From positions 256,001 through 320,000 of the forward strand of contig CAWKHF010000009.1 of the NCBI GenBank assembly GCA_963849325.1: 64,000 nt of DNA, given 5' to 3'. Made by a program: the position numbers and the translations under genes. The notes beneath the pieces are model-generated. The model saw nothing but the letters and a program-made list of their open reading frames with translations. It ran no database searches and was not told the origin of the DNA. The stretch is from an uncultured Planctomycetota bacterium (GTDB taxonomy: Bacteria; Planctomycetota; Planctomycetia; Gemmatales; Gemmataceae). The number at the start of each line of letters is the position of its first letter. Position 1 is the stretch's first letter. Positions 33,187-45,402 of the stretch are shown one piece after another.

Positions 33187-34543
33187 ATGAATCCAACTCC
33201 GAACGATAACGGCCGGCCGCAGCCCAGCGGCACGTACACGCCGGGCATCATCGAGGACATCCAGGCCAAGGCCGAGCTGGGCCGCTATCGCATCCGCGGC
33301 TTCGGCACGCTGCGGCCGCGCACCTGGGCCACCTTCGACGACCTGACCTTCATCCCCTGCCGGCCTGACCCGCATTCCCCTGGAAGGCTACCGCGAACAG
33401 TGCTCGACGCGCACCGTCCTCGGCACGCGCTACGCGGCCCGACCCATCGAACTCGACATCCCCGTCATGATTACGGGCATGAGCTTCGGCGCCCTGTCGT
33501 ACAACGCCAAGGTGGCGCTGGCCCGCGGCGCCCGCGCGGCCGGCAGCTCGACGACGACCGGCGACGGCGGCATGTTGCCCGCCGAGCGCGAGAATGCCCG
33601 CGTCCTCATCTACGAAGTGCTGCCCAGCCGCTACGGCATCAACGTCCATCACCTGCGCCAGGCCGACGCCATCGAGCTGACCATCGGCCAGGGAGCCAAG
33701 CCGGGGACCGGCGGTCTGCTGCTCGGCTCCAAGGTGTCGGAGGAGATCGCCAGCATGCGCGACCTGCCGCCGGGCGTCGATCAGCGCAGCCCGTGCCGCC
33801 ATCCCGATTTCCTCGGCCCCGACGACATGGTGCTCAAGATCGAGGAGCTGCGCGAGGCGACCGACTGGCAGGTGCCGATCTTCGTCAAGCTCGGCGCCAG
33901 CCGCGTCTACGACGACGTCAAGCTGGCGGCCAAGTGCGGGGCGGACGTGGTGGTAATCGACGGCATGGAAGGCGGCACCGGCGCCTCGCCGGACTTGCTG
34001 CAAGAGCATACCGGCATCCCCACGCTGGCGGCCGTGTGCGAGGCCCGCGCCGCCCTGGAGGAGATGGGACTGTTCGGCGAGGTCAACCTGATCATCGCCG
34101 GCGGCATCCGCCACGGCAGCGACGCCGCCAAGGCCATCGCCCTCGGCGCCGATGCCGTCTACGTCGGCACCGCTGCTCTGATCGCGCTGAACTGCAACAA
34201 GCCGCTCTACGTCGAGGATTATCACGCCCTCGGCGCCGCGCCGTATGCCTGCCACCACTGCCACACCGGCCGCTGCCCGGTCGGCATCACCACGCAGGAC
34301 CCCGAGTTGGTGAAGCGGCTGGAGATCGACGCCGCGGCGGAGCGCGTGGCCAACTGGCTGCATGCCACGACTTCCGAGATCCAGATTCTCGCTCGGGCCT
34401 GCGGCAAGCGCGACGTGCACGACCTGGAGCCGGAAGACCTGCGGGCACTGACGCTGGAGGCGTCGCTCATCACGGGCCTGCCGCTGGCGGGGACCAACAT
34501 GGTCTTCGGCGGCGGGCCGGGATGGAAGCGGGAGAGGATCTAA
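33187..34543 (+). CDS. mgsC: FMN-binding glutamate synthase family protein (N-methylglutamate synthase subunit C, GlxD-like), frameshift near 33362
   Basis: IQAKAELGRYRIRG; GMSFGALS; GQGAKPGTGG; RHPDFLGPDD; CHHCHTGRCPVG. Confidence 0.88.
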
Positions 34544-34560
34544 ATAGTTCCACCGAAATC

Positions 34561-34627
34561 CTCGTTTAGCCGCGACGCGAGCGGAGCGCGGGATATCGCG
34601 CTCCGCTACGCGTCGCGGCGAAACGAG
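34561..34627. repeat. REP-like palindrome (half copies near 45149-45177 and 62336-62362)
   Basis: GTTTAGCCGCGACGCGAGCGGAGCGCG...CGCGCTCCGCTACGCGTCGCGGCGAAAC. Confidence 0.8.
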
Positions 34628-34646
34628 TTGAGAGTCTGTTCCGAAA

Positions 34647-34757
34647 GCCCCTCCCCCGGTACTCCGGGGAGAGGGGTTGGGGTGAGGGGGTGCGTGTTCT
34701 GCGGGTTTCTCGCCCCTCACCCCCAACCCCTCTCCCCTGAGTACAGGGGAGAGGGGA
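34647..34757. repeat. CCCTCTCCC/GGGAGAGGG-type REP doublet
   Basis: CCCCTCCCCCGGTACTCCGGGGAGAGGGGTTGGGGTGAGGGG ... CCCCTCACCCCCAACCCCTCTCCCCTGAGTACAGGGGGAGAGGGG. Confidence 0.8.
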
Positions 34758-34774
34758 GCTTATGGAACAGACTC

Positions 34775-35893
34775 TTATTGCGGCTGCAGCTGCTCCGCCT
34801 CGGTGCTCAGACGAAGGAGTCGTTGGCACGCCCCACAGTGGACGGGTTGATCCGATAAGCTCGGCACCTCGGCGGTGTGCTGACAAGCAGGGCAGGTGTA
34901 CTGATAGCCGCCTGGCTTCGGTTTGCCGAGGATTCGGGCGAAGACGCCGGTCTTCGACGCGCTCCTCGGCGTGGGCTTGACCAGGATCGGAGCGGGATCG
35001 ACACCCTCCAGGGCGATGACGTGGACATGGCCATCGCTGCTTCCCAGGGCGATCTCGTTCCCCGAGGGGGCGAGGTCGCCGCACATCACGGGAATGTTGC
35101 CCGCCAACTCCGCCAGCACCTCGAAGTCGGGCAGCGACCACCACACCATCCATCCGTCGGCGTTGACGGTGACGACCGAACGACCGTCGTGCAGACAGAA
35201 GCAGCAGCGGACCTCGGCGTTCAGTCGCAGCGAACGCACTTCGGCCCGCTGGCGCAGGTCCCATAGTTTGATGGCTCCGTCCTGTCCACCCGAGACCGCC
35301 CCGTTTCCATCGGGAGTGAGGTCCGCGGCAGTGACGCGGCCTTGATGACCGCTTAACCGCGCCTCCTCGCGGCCGGACTCCCTGTCCCATAGGCGCAGGG
35401 TGCCGTCGTGCGACCAGGAGAGCAGCTGTTTGCCGTCGCGCGTCCAGCGGCAGCCAGACACGATGTCCGAATGACCGACCAGCGTTCGACCATCGCGTTC
35501 ATCGCCGACCTTGCGGAGCATCAACTTGCGGTCCCACGACGCCGTCACCAGCGAGCGGCCGTCCGGCGCGTACTGGATGGCCGAGATCGGACGAATGTGA
35601 GCGATGAAGTTCATGCGTGGTCGATGCGTGACCGCGTCCCACCAGCTCATCACGCCATCCATGGAGGCCGACAGCCAGGTCGTGCCGTCCGGCGACAGGG
35701 CGCAGCAGGACAGGGGCTTGGCCGCGGCCTGAAGGGACGATACCGGCTGGGCGTTGCCGGACAGCCACAGTCGCAGACAGCCGTCCCAGCCCGCCGAGAG
35801 CACGAAGGCGCCGTCGCCGCTGTAGACGCACGAATACACCTCGCCGCCATGTCCTTCCCCCGTCCCGGCACCGTGCACGCGCATCGTCCGCAT
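34775..35893 (-). CDS. WD40-repeat protein with C-terminal Zn ribbon
   Basis: Seven GH...WD-like repeats; CPACQH...CGACQR. Confidence 0.85.
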   Translation of the reverse strand: MRTMRVHGAGTGEGHGGEVYSCVYSGDGAFVLSAGWDGCLRLWLSGNAQPVSSLQAAAKPLSCCALSPDGTTWLSASMDGVMSWWDAVTHRPRMNFIAHIRPISAIQYAPDGRSLVTASWDRKLMLRKVGDERDGRTLVGHSDIVSGCRWTRDGKQLLSWSHDGTLRLWDRESGREEARLSGHQGRVTAADLTPDGNGAVSGGQDGAIKLWDLRQRAEVRSLRLNAEVRCCFCLHDGRSVVTVNADGWMVWWSLPDFEVLAELAGNIPVMCGDLAPSGNEIALGSSDGHVHVIALEGVDPAPILVKPTPRSASKTGVFARILGKPKPGGYQYTCPACQHTAEVPSLSDQPVHCGACQRLLRLSTEAEQLQPQ

Positions 35894-36112
35894 AATTCTT
35901 CTCCCTGTCTCCCTCCCATCCGACGCCGCTTGGGCCGGATCGAGGAGGTCCCGTCCATGACAAACATAGCTTGTACTTCACCGTCGTGACGGACGGCGGA
36001 CGGAATCCTTCAAGTTTGGGCGGCCGTAAACCGCCTTGACAGGAACGCGCCATTTGACTATCGGTCCGCCCTCCCGTGCGCGATTGTGTACTCCCGACGC
36101 CAGGGACCAAAC

Positions 36113-38469
36113 ATGCAGGCGAGGCAACGCTTTCTTCCATCCCTGACTCGCTGCGCCGCCGTGATCCTCGGCCTCGTTCTTGCTGGCTGGGTCGCTCGGG
36201 CCCAAGGTCCCTCTCCGTCGGGCAAGATCCTCGTCAGCGACGTAATCATCCAGGGCAACCAGCGCATGACGACGGAGCAGGTGAAAGTGCGGCTGCGCAC
36301 GCAGGCCGGCAAAGAGTACAACGCGGCGGCCGTGGATGACGATGTCCGCGATCTGTACAAGACGAACCAGTTTAGCAATATCCGTACGCTCGTGCAGGAC
36401 GATGGACCCGGCCAGAAGAAGGTCTTTTTCATCCTGCTCGACCTGCCGAACCAGGTGCAGAAAGTCACCTTTCAGGGCGCCAAGCACATCAAGGAGGAGG
36501 ATCTGCGCAACGTCACCGGCATCCGCCCCGGCATGCCGCTCAACCCCAATCTCAATCGCCAAGGCTGCCGCAAGATCGAGGAGAAATACGAAGAGCAGGG
36601 ACGGTGGTTCGCCCATTGCGACCTGGCCAAGGGCGACAAGTTGGGGGATACCGAGGTGATCTATGACATCACCGAAGGCCCCAAGGTCAAGGTCCGCAGC
36701 ATCCAATTCACCGGCAACACCTTCGTCAGCGGACAGCGCCTGGCCACCAAGGTCAAGTCATCGTCGGAGTGGTTCCACCTGTTCGGCGGCACCTACAACC
36801 GTGAGATGGCCGAGGCGGACGCCATCGAACTGATCAAGTATTACCGCGCCTTCGGCTTCCAGGACGTCAAGGTGGGGTTGGAGAAGGAGCGGTCGTCCGA
36901 CGGCTGTGAAGTCACCCTGATTTTCCATATCCAGGAAGGACTCCAATACCGCATCCAGGACGTGCCACAGGTCAGCGGTACCAAGAGCATCCCTCACGAG
37001 CAGCTGGAAGCGCTGTCAACGATCAAAGCCGGCGACTGGCTCGAAGAGGCCAAGATCAAGGGCGACGCGGAGCGCATCAAGAACTACTACGGTTACATGG
37101 GCCAAGACGTCCGCGTCGAACCGATCCCGGTCTGGTCCAAGGACACCCCCGGCGTCTGCACGGTGCAGTACCAGGTGGAGGAGTTTCCCGTCGCTCGGGT
37201 CGGCCAGATCTTCATCATCGGCAACACGCGAACGCGGCAGAACGTCATCCTCCGCCAGGTGCCGCTCTTCCCCGGACAGATCCTCACCTATCCCGACCTG
37301 ATGGTGGCCGAGAACAACCTCAAACGGCTGGGCATCTTCACGAGCGGACAGGATGGGGCTCCGCCGTCGGTGACGGTGATGCCCAATCAGGAGGACAGCG
37401 TTTTCAAGGACATCCGCGTCGATGTCAACGAGGCCAACACCGGCAGCCTGATTTTCGGCGTCGGCGTCAACTCCAACAGTGGTCTGACCGGCAGTATCGT
37501 GCTCAACGAGCGCAACTTCGACATCATGAACCCGCCGACCAGCTTGCAGGACTTCTTCAACGGTACGGCCTGGCGCGGGGCCGGACAGGAGTTCCGCATC
37601 CAGGCCATGCCCGGCACGCAGCTGCAACAATACATGGCCACCTTCCGCGAGCCGTTTCTGTTCGACACGCCCTACAACATGACGGACAGTCTCTATTACT
37701 TCACACGCATTTACAACGAGTACACTGAGCAGCGCGAAGGCGGTCGCATCACCCTCGGCCGGCAAATCAACCGCTTCTGGAACGTCTCGCTGGGCACGCG
37801 CATCGAGAACGTGGCCGTCAACGGCCTGGCGACAGGGGAACCCATCGATTATGTGGAGGCGGAAGGCAACAATTTCCAGATCGGTTTCCGGGCGCCGTGG
37901 GTTTCGACAGCCGCGATTCGTTCATCCGGCCGACGACGGGCAGGCAGGTCGAGTTCTCGTGGGAGCAGATGACCGGCGAGCACAACTTTCCGCTGGCCAA
38001 TCTGCTGCTGAATCAGTTCTTCACGACCTTTAAGCGGGCCGACGGCAGCGGCCGGCAGGTGCTGGTTGCTCGCAGCCAGGCCGGCTGGGCGGGCACGACC
38101 ACGCCGGTTTACGAACGCTTCTTCGCTGGCGGCTTCACGACCATCCGCGGCTTCCAGTTCCGCGGCGTCGGTCCCAACGTCAATGGCTACATGATCGGCG
38201 GCGACTTCATGCTGCTCAACAGCCTCGAATACCAGGTGCCCGTGAAAGCGGACGATTCGATCTACCTGGTCAGCTTCGTGGACAGCGGCACGGTGTCCCC
38301 GCGCATCAACGAATTCGATACCTACCGTGTCACGGCCGGCTTCGGTATCCGCTTCTCCATCCCTATGCTGGGACCGGTGCCGATCGCCCTCGACTTCGGT
38401 TTCCCGCTCGTCAAGGCGCCGTCGGACATCACGCAGGTTTTCAACTTCTGGATGGGCATGTCGCGCTGA
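36113..38469 (+). CDS. bamA: Outer membrane protein assembly factor BamA/Omp85, frameshift near 37895
   Basis: Signal peptide; POTRA repeats (IQGNQRM, IIGNTRTRQNVILR); ERNFD; TIRGF; GFGIRFSIPMLGPVPIALDFG. Confidence 0.88.
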
Positions 38470-38513
38470 GCCGCTTGCGGCTTAGCGATCTTTCCCGCGA
38501 AGACGCAAGCGGC
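38470..38513. repeat. REP-like hairpin family (also 49357-49408 and 60245-60286)
   Basis: GCCGCTTGCGGCTTAGCG...CGCGAAGACGCAAGCGGC at the 3' end of a gene. Confidence 0.7.
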
Positions 38514-38528
38514 GAAGACGTTTCCCCA

Positions 38529-38906
38529 TCAATCGCGGGGAAAAGGCATGATCTGGCGTCCGGGATAAACCTGGACCCAGGGGTAGGGCATCCCGTTGAG
38601 GAAATAGCCGCCGTTGCCCATGTTCATGACGCGCGGACGGAAGTAACCGGAATAGGTCACACCGTAGTATTGCCACACCTGGTAGGCGGAGGGACGATAG
38701 TACACCGGCGGCAGGGGGAGCGACCGCGGATGGATTCCCAGGGCCGGCAGCGGCGGCAACGGCTGATCGGCCAGCGGCATCAGAAGCGGCGGCGCGGCGC
38801 TTTCGGAAGGCAGCACACGCGGCGGCGGCAAGGTCTGCGCATGGCCATCGACGTGGGCGCAGATGAGTGCGATGAGCGAAGCGAACGGAATCATCCCCCT
38901 ACGCAT
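38529..38906 (-). CDS. Small secreted Pro/Tyr-rich hypothetical protein
   Basis: Signal peptide MRRGMIPFASLIALICAHVDGHA; Pro-rich then YYRPSAYQVWQYYGV; GAGGA RBS. Confidence 0.65.
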   Translation of the reverse strand: MRRGMIPFASLIALICAHVDGHAQTLPPPRVLPSESAAPPLLMPLADQPLPPLPALGIHPRSLPLPPVYYRPSAYQVWQYYGVTYSGYFRPRVMNMGNGGYFLNGMPYPWVQVYPGRQIMPFPRD

Positions 38907-39129
38907 GCAGAGTCCTCCCCGGTTTGTGGCATCAAGTAGTGGCGATCGTTCGGCTGGATGGTTCCCCATTCTCGCATGGCGGACAAAGCGTGCCAGTCTT
39001 TCCGGTCATCGAACGGGAAAAAAATCGGCGCCGGCGCGTTGGGACCGGCATACTCGGCCTGACCGGAAAGAAAAACCGCTCCCGGGAGGACCAGGGAGCG
39101 GCTCGTGAAATCCGGCGTCCGCGAGAGCC

Positions 39130-40029
39130 TCAGTGAGCGTTGGCCTTCTTCGGCTCGGCTTTCGTGAACACGGTACGATCGCGGGCGAAGGAAGTGCGCC
39201 GGGCCGTCTCGCCATAAGCGGGGAAGGCCCACTTGGTCGCCGGCTTCGGCAGAGACACCGCTCGGCCTTCGAGGGGGACCGTTCGCTGCGGCGTGTCGGC
39301 CGAGGGGGCCGGCGTGGCCTTGGGATCGGAGGCCGGATTCTTCGGCCCTCCATCGTAGGGATAGGTGCCGTTGTCGCGCGGCATCTGCGGGGCGATCTCG
39401 CGGTTGTTCGGCTGGACGTAGCCGCCAAAGGCCGGGGTTATGACGGTCGTCGCCGGTGCGGCCAGCGTGTAGACGCCGCCGCTCACGCCGGAGCAGCCAT
39501 AAAAGCCGCCGTAACCAAAGCCGGGGTAGTAACCCCCGTAGCCATAGCCGCCGTAGCCGATGCCGAAACCGGGATAGTAACCGCCCAACCCGTACCCCAG
39601 CCCGCCGTAGCCGAGTCCATAGCCCAGCCCGCCAAGTCCATAACCGAGACCGAGGCCATAACCTAGCCCCAGGCCATAGCCGTAGTAGGGGCGATAGAAA
39701 CCGCGATAGCCCAATCCGCCCCAGCCGAGACCCCGGTAGCCGCCAAAGCCGCCGAAACCTCGGTAGCCGCCCCAACCGAAGCCTCGATAGCCACCGAAAC
39801 CGCCGAAGCCTCGATAGCCACCGAAACCGCCGAAGCCTCGATAGCCACCGAAACCACCATGATGCCAGGTGCGAATCGTGTCGGCCCCGCGTGCGTCATC
39901 GACCAGGTTTTGCGTCGGTGTGTTCTCGACGCGGTTCAAGAGGACCGTGTCTCCAGCGGGCGACGGCACAGCCCAGATGAGCATACCCGAAGCCGCGAGA
40001 AAACCGGCGGGAAGCCATCTGCTCTTCAT
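39130..40029 (-). CDS. Secreted Gly/Tyr/Phe/Arg low-complexity repeat protein
   Basis: Signal peptide; (GGFGGYRGF)n then GLGYG repeats; C-terminal YPYDGGP and FPAYGE; AGGAGG RBS. Confidence 0.8.
   Translation of the reverse strand: MKSRWLPAGFLAASGMLIWAVPSPAGDTVLLNRVENTPTQNLVDDARGADTIRTWHHGGFGGYRGFGGFGGYRGFGGFGGYRGFGWGGYRGFGGFGGYRGLGWGGLGYRGFYRPYYGYGLGLGYGLGLGYGLGGLGYGLGYGGLGYGLGGYYPGFGIGYGGYGYGGYYPGFGYGGFYGCSGVSGGVYTLAAPATTVITPAFGGYVQPNNREIAPQMPRDNGTYPYDGGPKNPASDPKATPAPSADTPQRTVPLEGRAVSLPKPATKWAFPAYGETARRTSFARDRTVFTKAEPKKANAH
39776..39855. repeat. 27-bp coding tandem repeat, about 3 copies
   Basis: CCGAAGCCTCGATAGCCACCGAAACCG x3, encoding GGFGGYRGF. Confidence 0.85.
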
Positions 40030-40208
40030 GGTCTTGTCCTCCTTCAAAGAATCGATCTGCGATCGCCCTTGTTCAATTTACCTTCGGCTGCGGCTCGTTC
40101 CACGAACGTATCCGTCCTTAGTTATTCTAGGCCCCTTCGTGGAAGGACGTCAATCCTCGACTCTGTTGGCCATCCGGTGGGGGGGGTGCGTGGATTCTGG
40201 TAGTCGTC

Positions 40209-40327
40209 CTCGTTGCCAAGCTCTGCTTGGGAACGCACGTCGGGAAGCTCTGCTTCCCGTCCGGACCAGGGCAGGCCGCGAAGCAGAGCTTCCCAACGGG
40301 TGTTCCCAAGCAGAGCTTGGGAACAAG
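40209..40327. repeat. REP-like composite palindrome
   Basis: CTCGTTGCCAAGCTCTGCTTGGGAAC ... GTTCCCAAGCAGAGCTTGGGAACAAG with inner GAAGCTCTGCTTC/GAAGCAGAGCTTC. Confidence 0.8.
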
Positions 40328-40403
40328 GGGCTACGGCCTACCCGCAAAACTACCAGAAACGATTCACGCACCCATCCGGTGCAGCGTTCGCTTCCTTCCG
40401 AAC

Positions 40404-40712
40404 TCATGGCTTCTGGTTCTTCTTTTTCTTCTTCTTCGGCACCGACGAGGCCGGCTCCGATGCTCGCAGCCGGTCCAGCGCCGTCTTCAGCCGCTCGCGG
40501 GCGGCCCTCCTCTCCAGGTCGGTCGAGCCCGGCGCCGCCAGGATCTGCTTGAACGGCGCGTCCTTCATGTCGAACAGCTCACCAGCCTGAGTGTACTTCC
40601 ACCGCGGATCGCGGATGTACCACTTGTCCGCCAGCTGCACATAGATCCACTCTCGCGGTTGTCCCTTCTCGCCGCGGAGTTGAGGGGCGAAGCTGTGACC
40701 GTCGATAACACC
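40404..40712 (-). pseudogene. 3' remnant of a sulfatase gene
   Basis: VIDGHSFAPQLRGEKGQPREWIY...RDPRWKY...ELFDMKDAPF resembles the sulfatase C-terminus; no catalytic N-terminal part upstream. Confidence 0.65.
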
Positions 40713-40808
40713 GAAGATAAGGATAAGTTCTGGATCGTCCGGCCAAACCGCTACAAAGGGAGATGAGCGGAGACGGTGCGCGCCGACAATGCGCACCGCA
40801 AAGGTATA

Positions 40809-41289
40809 CTATATCACCGGCGTGGCACCCTCAGAGGAAGTTCCTGGGGCGGCGCTCGGCTTGCGGCGATCCAGCAGCATCTGAACACCGCCCAGCACCA
40901 GGCCCATAATGCACCCGACACCTGCCCCGACAGTCAGCCCGAGCGGCGGCAGATGCTGCACGTCCTCCTTCACGTCCGCACGCGGCAGGCGATCGCTCGC
41001 CACCCCGGTCCCAACGATCCAGCCGAGCGGGGCCACGATCGCCACGCCGAGCAGAGCGACCGAGGCCAGCCCCAGAGGGCGCACCAGCCGGGGCTGGCGG
41101 GCACAGACCCCCGTGACACCGCACCCTACTGCGCGCCCCCACGAAACCACCCAGAAACACCAGCGGCATGCTGGCTTCGAGGGGGACCCGAAATGGGGGA
41201 TCGTTGTGTGTCAGCATCCCCACGCAGAGGCCAGCACCTGCCCCCGCCAGGAGGAAGATGATCGGGCCGAGCCGCGTGGCACGATCCAT
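40809..41289 (-). CDS. Hypothetical membrane protein (cassette-like), frameshift near 41135
   Basis: Four hydrophobic segments over two frames; AAGGAGG RBS directly after the attC-like site. Confidence 0.6.
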
Positions 41290-41302
41290 TTGCCCCTCCT
41301 TC

Positions 41303-41398
41303 GCCGAACACCAAGCTCAGCAGGAGGGCTTCCAAGAAAGACGTAGCACCTCGAAAAACCAGAATGGCCGCCCGCTCTGCTGCAGCGAATGGTTCGGC
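41303..41398 (-). mobile_element. Integron attC-like recombination site
   Basis: Minus strand GCCGAAC (R'') CATTC GCTGCAGC (L'') ... GCTGAGC (L') TTGGT GTTCGGC (R'); L'' carries one extra base relative to L'; lies between two co-oriented ORFs. Confidence 0.7.
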
Positions 41399-41410
41399 GG
41401 CCTCCAAACC

Positions 41411-42118
41411 TTACGTTTTGCCTGTCTTTCGCTTGCGGTTCCACCAACGAAACAAAAGTAGCAGGAGTATCCCGATAATGCACACCCCGACAATCCGCCC
41501 CATCAATTCTGAGATATTCAGCGCCCTCCCATAATCCGTGTCCGGTGTGGATTGTCTCTGACCTTCGGAACGTGCCGGCGCTTGTGCGTCCTCCGGGCCA
41601 GCATTCTTGGCTTCTTGTTCGGGAGGAACCGTAAACTCAAAACCTTGCATCAGCTTCTCAAACTGTGGGTCGTCCTCGACCGGCTCTTTCGCACCTATAA
41701 GACTCAGATTGTAGCTGAGGCCATGAGCCTTGAAAACCCGAGTTGCTGTCGTTCTTCCATCTGCCAGGATACCTTCCGCCTGGTAGCTTGGCAAACCTCG
41801 GAACGTGACGAACCGGCCTGCCCGTTTCTCGATCTGACCTGGACTGTAAAAGGATTTCTCAAACTCTTTGACGAACTGCTCGTTTATTTGCGCGGTGACG
41901 GGCACACTCACCGTTGTCAGATTGATGACAAAGCCTTTTGTATTCCCTGCCACGAAGAGTATATTCGGTGCCTGCATATCGATCCAAGTCCAGTCCGGTA
42001 CCGGTAGTGTAAAGCGGCACTTCTGAGCGGGGAACACTCGCATGGGTTCCTCGGCGGCCCTGAGTCTCGTGGGCGATCCTAATAGTCCGAGAAGACCGAG
42101 AAGCAAACATAAACGCAT
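41411..42118 (-). CDS. Hypothetical exported protein with C-terminal TM anchor (cassette-like, lower GC)
   Basis: Signal peptide MRLCLLLGLLGLLG; C-terminal IVGVCIIGILLLLLF followed by a basic tail. Confidence 0.75.
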   Translation of the reverse strand: MRLCLLLGLLGLLGSPTRLRAAEEPMRVFPAQKCRFTLPVPDWTWIDMQAPNILFVAGNTKGFVINLTTVSVPVTAQINEQFVKEFEKSFYSPGQIEKRAGRFVTFRGLPSYQAEGILADGRTTATRVFKAHGLSYNLSLIGAKEPVEDDPQFEKLMQGFEFTVPPEQEAKNAGPEDAQAPARSEGQRQSTPDTDYGRALNISELMGRIVGVCIIGILLLLLFRWWNRKRKTGKT

Positions 42119-42294
42119 TGAGTCATCTCCGCCGAGCAACGGATTCGATCGCGCACAACGCGATCGAGCACGGTGAGCTGCGCAGCCTATCACTTTCGTT
42201 GCACAACCTAACACGCCTCTCATCTACGCACAACCTTGAGCAGCCATCAAGGAAAAAACCGACCCATCTTTGGGGTGTTTTCCCCGTTTGCCCT

Positions 42295-43982
<1,688 letters not shown>

Positions 43983-44148
43983 CGTCTTCTCCCCGTGCGA
44001 AGAACAGCAAGCAATCGCGGCTTCGTCACTGTAGGCCGCACCGCCGCCGGAGGCAATCGGCTGACCTTTTCTTTGGAGGGAGAGGCGAGGATAATAGAGC
44101 GATTGAGGAGGAATTCCATACCGATTTCACTCCCGATGGAGATAGCCG

Positions 44149-44568
44149 ATGAATGAACCACTCTCCCTTCGTGATGCCTCCGTACAGGACATCCAACTCG
44201 AATTGATTCGCCGCACCCGATTCAATGCGATGCACGGCGAACGAATCGTCGCCAGTCTCCTCCGACATCGCGATTTGTGGCTGGCTGTTCTACTGGATCA
44301 GCCGGGTCTGCCGAACTATGCCGAACCCAGCCTGTTGCTGGCATCCGGTCTGATCAAGCTCCGCGATATGCCGGATAACCTCTGGAACGCCGATACCTTG
44401 TTCATTCTGACCCGAACCGGAGAGCAAGCTCGCCGCCTGGCACGGATCATCGAGGAGGAAGATTGGGTTGGCGATGTAGTTCGCGTTTGCGACAACCAGC
44501 GGGAAATCGACCAGGCGTTGGGGACGGGTCGGCGAGAATATGGATTGGTGACCGTTTGGTGGGATTGA
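44149..44568 (+). CDS. Hypothetical protein
   Basis: 139-aa ORF with [15 protein letters not shown]...LIKLRD...WNADTL...VWWD. Confidence 0.75.
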   Translation: MNEPLSLRDASVQDIQLELIRRTRFNAMHGERIVASLLRHRDLWLAVLLDQPGLPNYAEPSLLLASGLIKLRDMPDNLWNADTLFILTRTGEQARRLARIIEEEDWVGDVVRVCDNQREIDQALGTGRREYGLVTVWWD

Positions 44569-44621
44569 ACTCGCATCGCTGGCGATTCAGCGTGTCTATC
44601 TCCCGGAGGCGCTTGTCCTCG

Positions 44622-45107
44622 ATGAACACCGAACAGGCATTACGCGATCATCTGCTTTACCTGCTGCGTGGAGGGGGCGCCCACCTCGACTTCGAGGCGG
44701 CGATTGCCGATTTGCCGGAGGGACTGCGAGGCGCCAAGCCGGCCGGCGCACCGCACACGCCCTGGCGACTGGTGGAGCACATGCGCATCGCCCAGTGGGA
44801 CATCCTGGAGTTCAGCCGCAACCCCAAGCACGTCTCGCCGAAGTTCCCCGACGGCTACTGGCCGCAAGGCGACGCCCCTGCCGATGCGGACGCCTGGGAG
44901 AGGAGCGTTGCCGCCTTCCGCGCCGAGTTGGTGGCGATGCAGGAACTGGCGGCCGACCCCGCGACCGACCTGTTCGCGCCGATCCCGCATGGCGAAGGTC
45001 AGACCATCCTCCGCGAGGCATTGCTCGTCGCCGATCACAACGCCTACCATTTGGGGCAATTGGTGACGATCCGGCGACTGCTCGGGGCGTGGCCGGTTGA
45101 CTCGTAG
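44622..45107 (+). CDS. DinB family protein
   Basis: [34 protein letters not shown]. Confidence 0.85.
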   Translation: MNTEQALRDHLLYLLRGGGAHLDFEAAIADLPEGLRGAKPAGAPHTPWRLVEHMRIAQWDILEFSRNPKHVSPKFPDGYWPQGDAPADADAWERSVAAFRAELVAMQELAADPATDLFAPIPHGEGQTILREALLVADHNAYHLGQLVTIRRLLGAWPVDS

Positions 45108-45402
45108 TCCCTGCGGTTTGACCAGAATGCTTTCCAGGGACAATCGGCTCGCGCTCCGCTGCGCGTCGCGGCTAAACTTTGTTGGATGGTCTCTGACCGC
45201 TCCGGCTGCGATTCCAGACAGGTAGCGCGGTTCGTTCCTGCCCTCACCTACGCTCTCGATCCTCTTGCCGCCCCTCCTCGGAAGTGGCCCGGCTCGATAA
45301 GAAAGTCTTCAGTCACAGCCCAATCCGCCGACAGTTCGCGCGGCGGAAGCCGAACCGCGATGCGACCGCGGGTCACCAGCTGCTTGCCTCAAGGAACCTG
45401 TC

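Noticed and set aside
36113-38469. bamA, fabH, ilvD and others as true pseudogenes or programmed frameshifts
   Set aside because: No slippery-site pattern or further decay, and the indels are spread over many unrelated genes, which fits sequencing error.
39776-39855. 27-bp direct repeats as a mini-CRISPR
   Set aside because: Head-to-tail with no spacers and in frame within a Gly-rich CDS.
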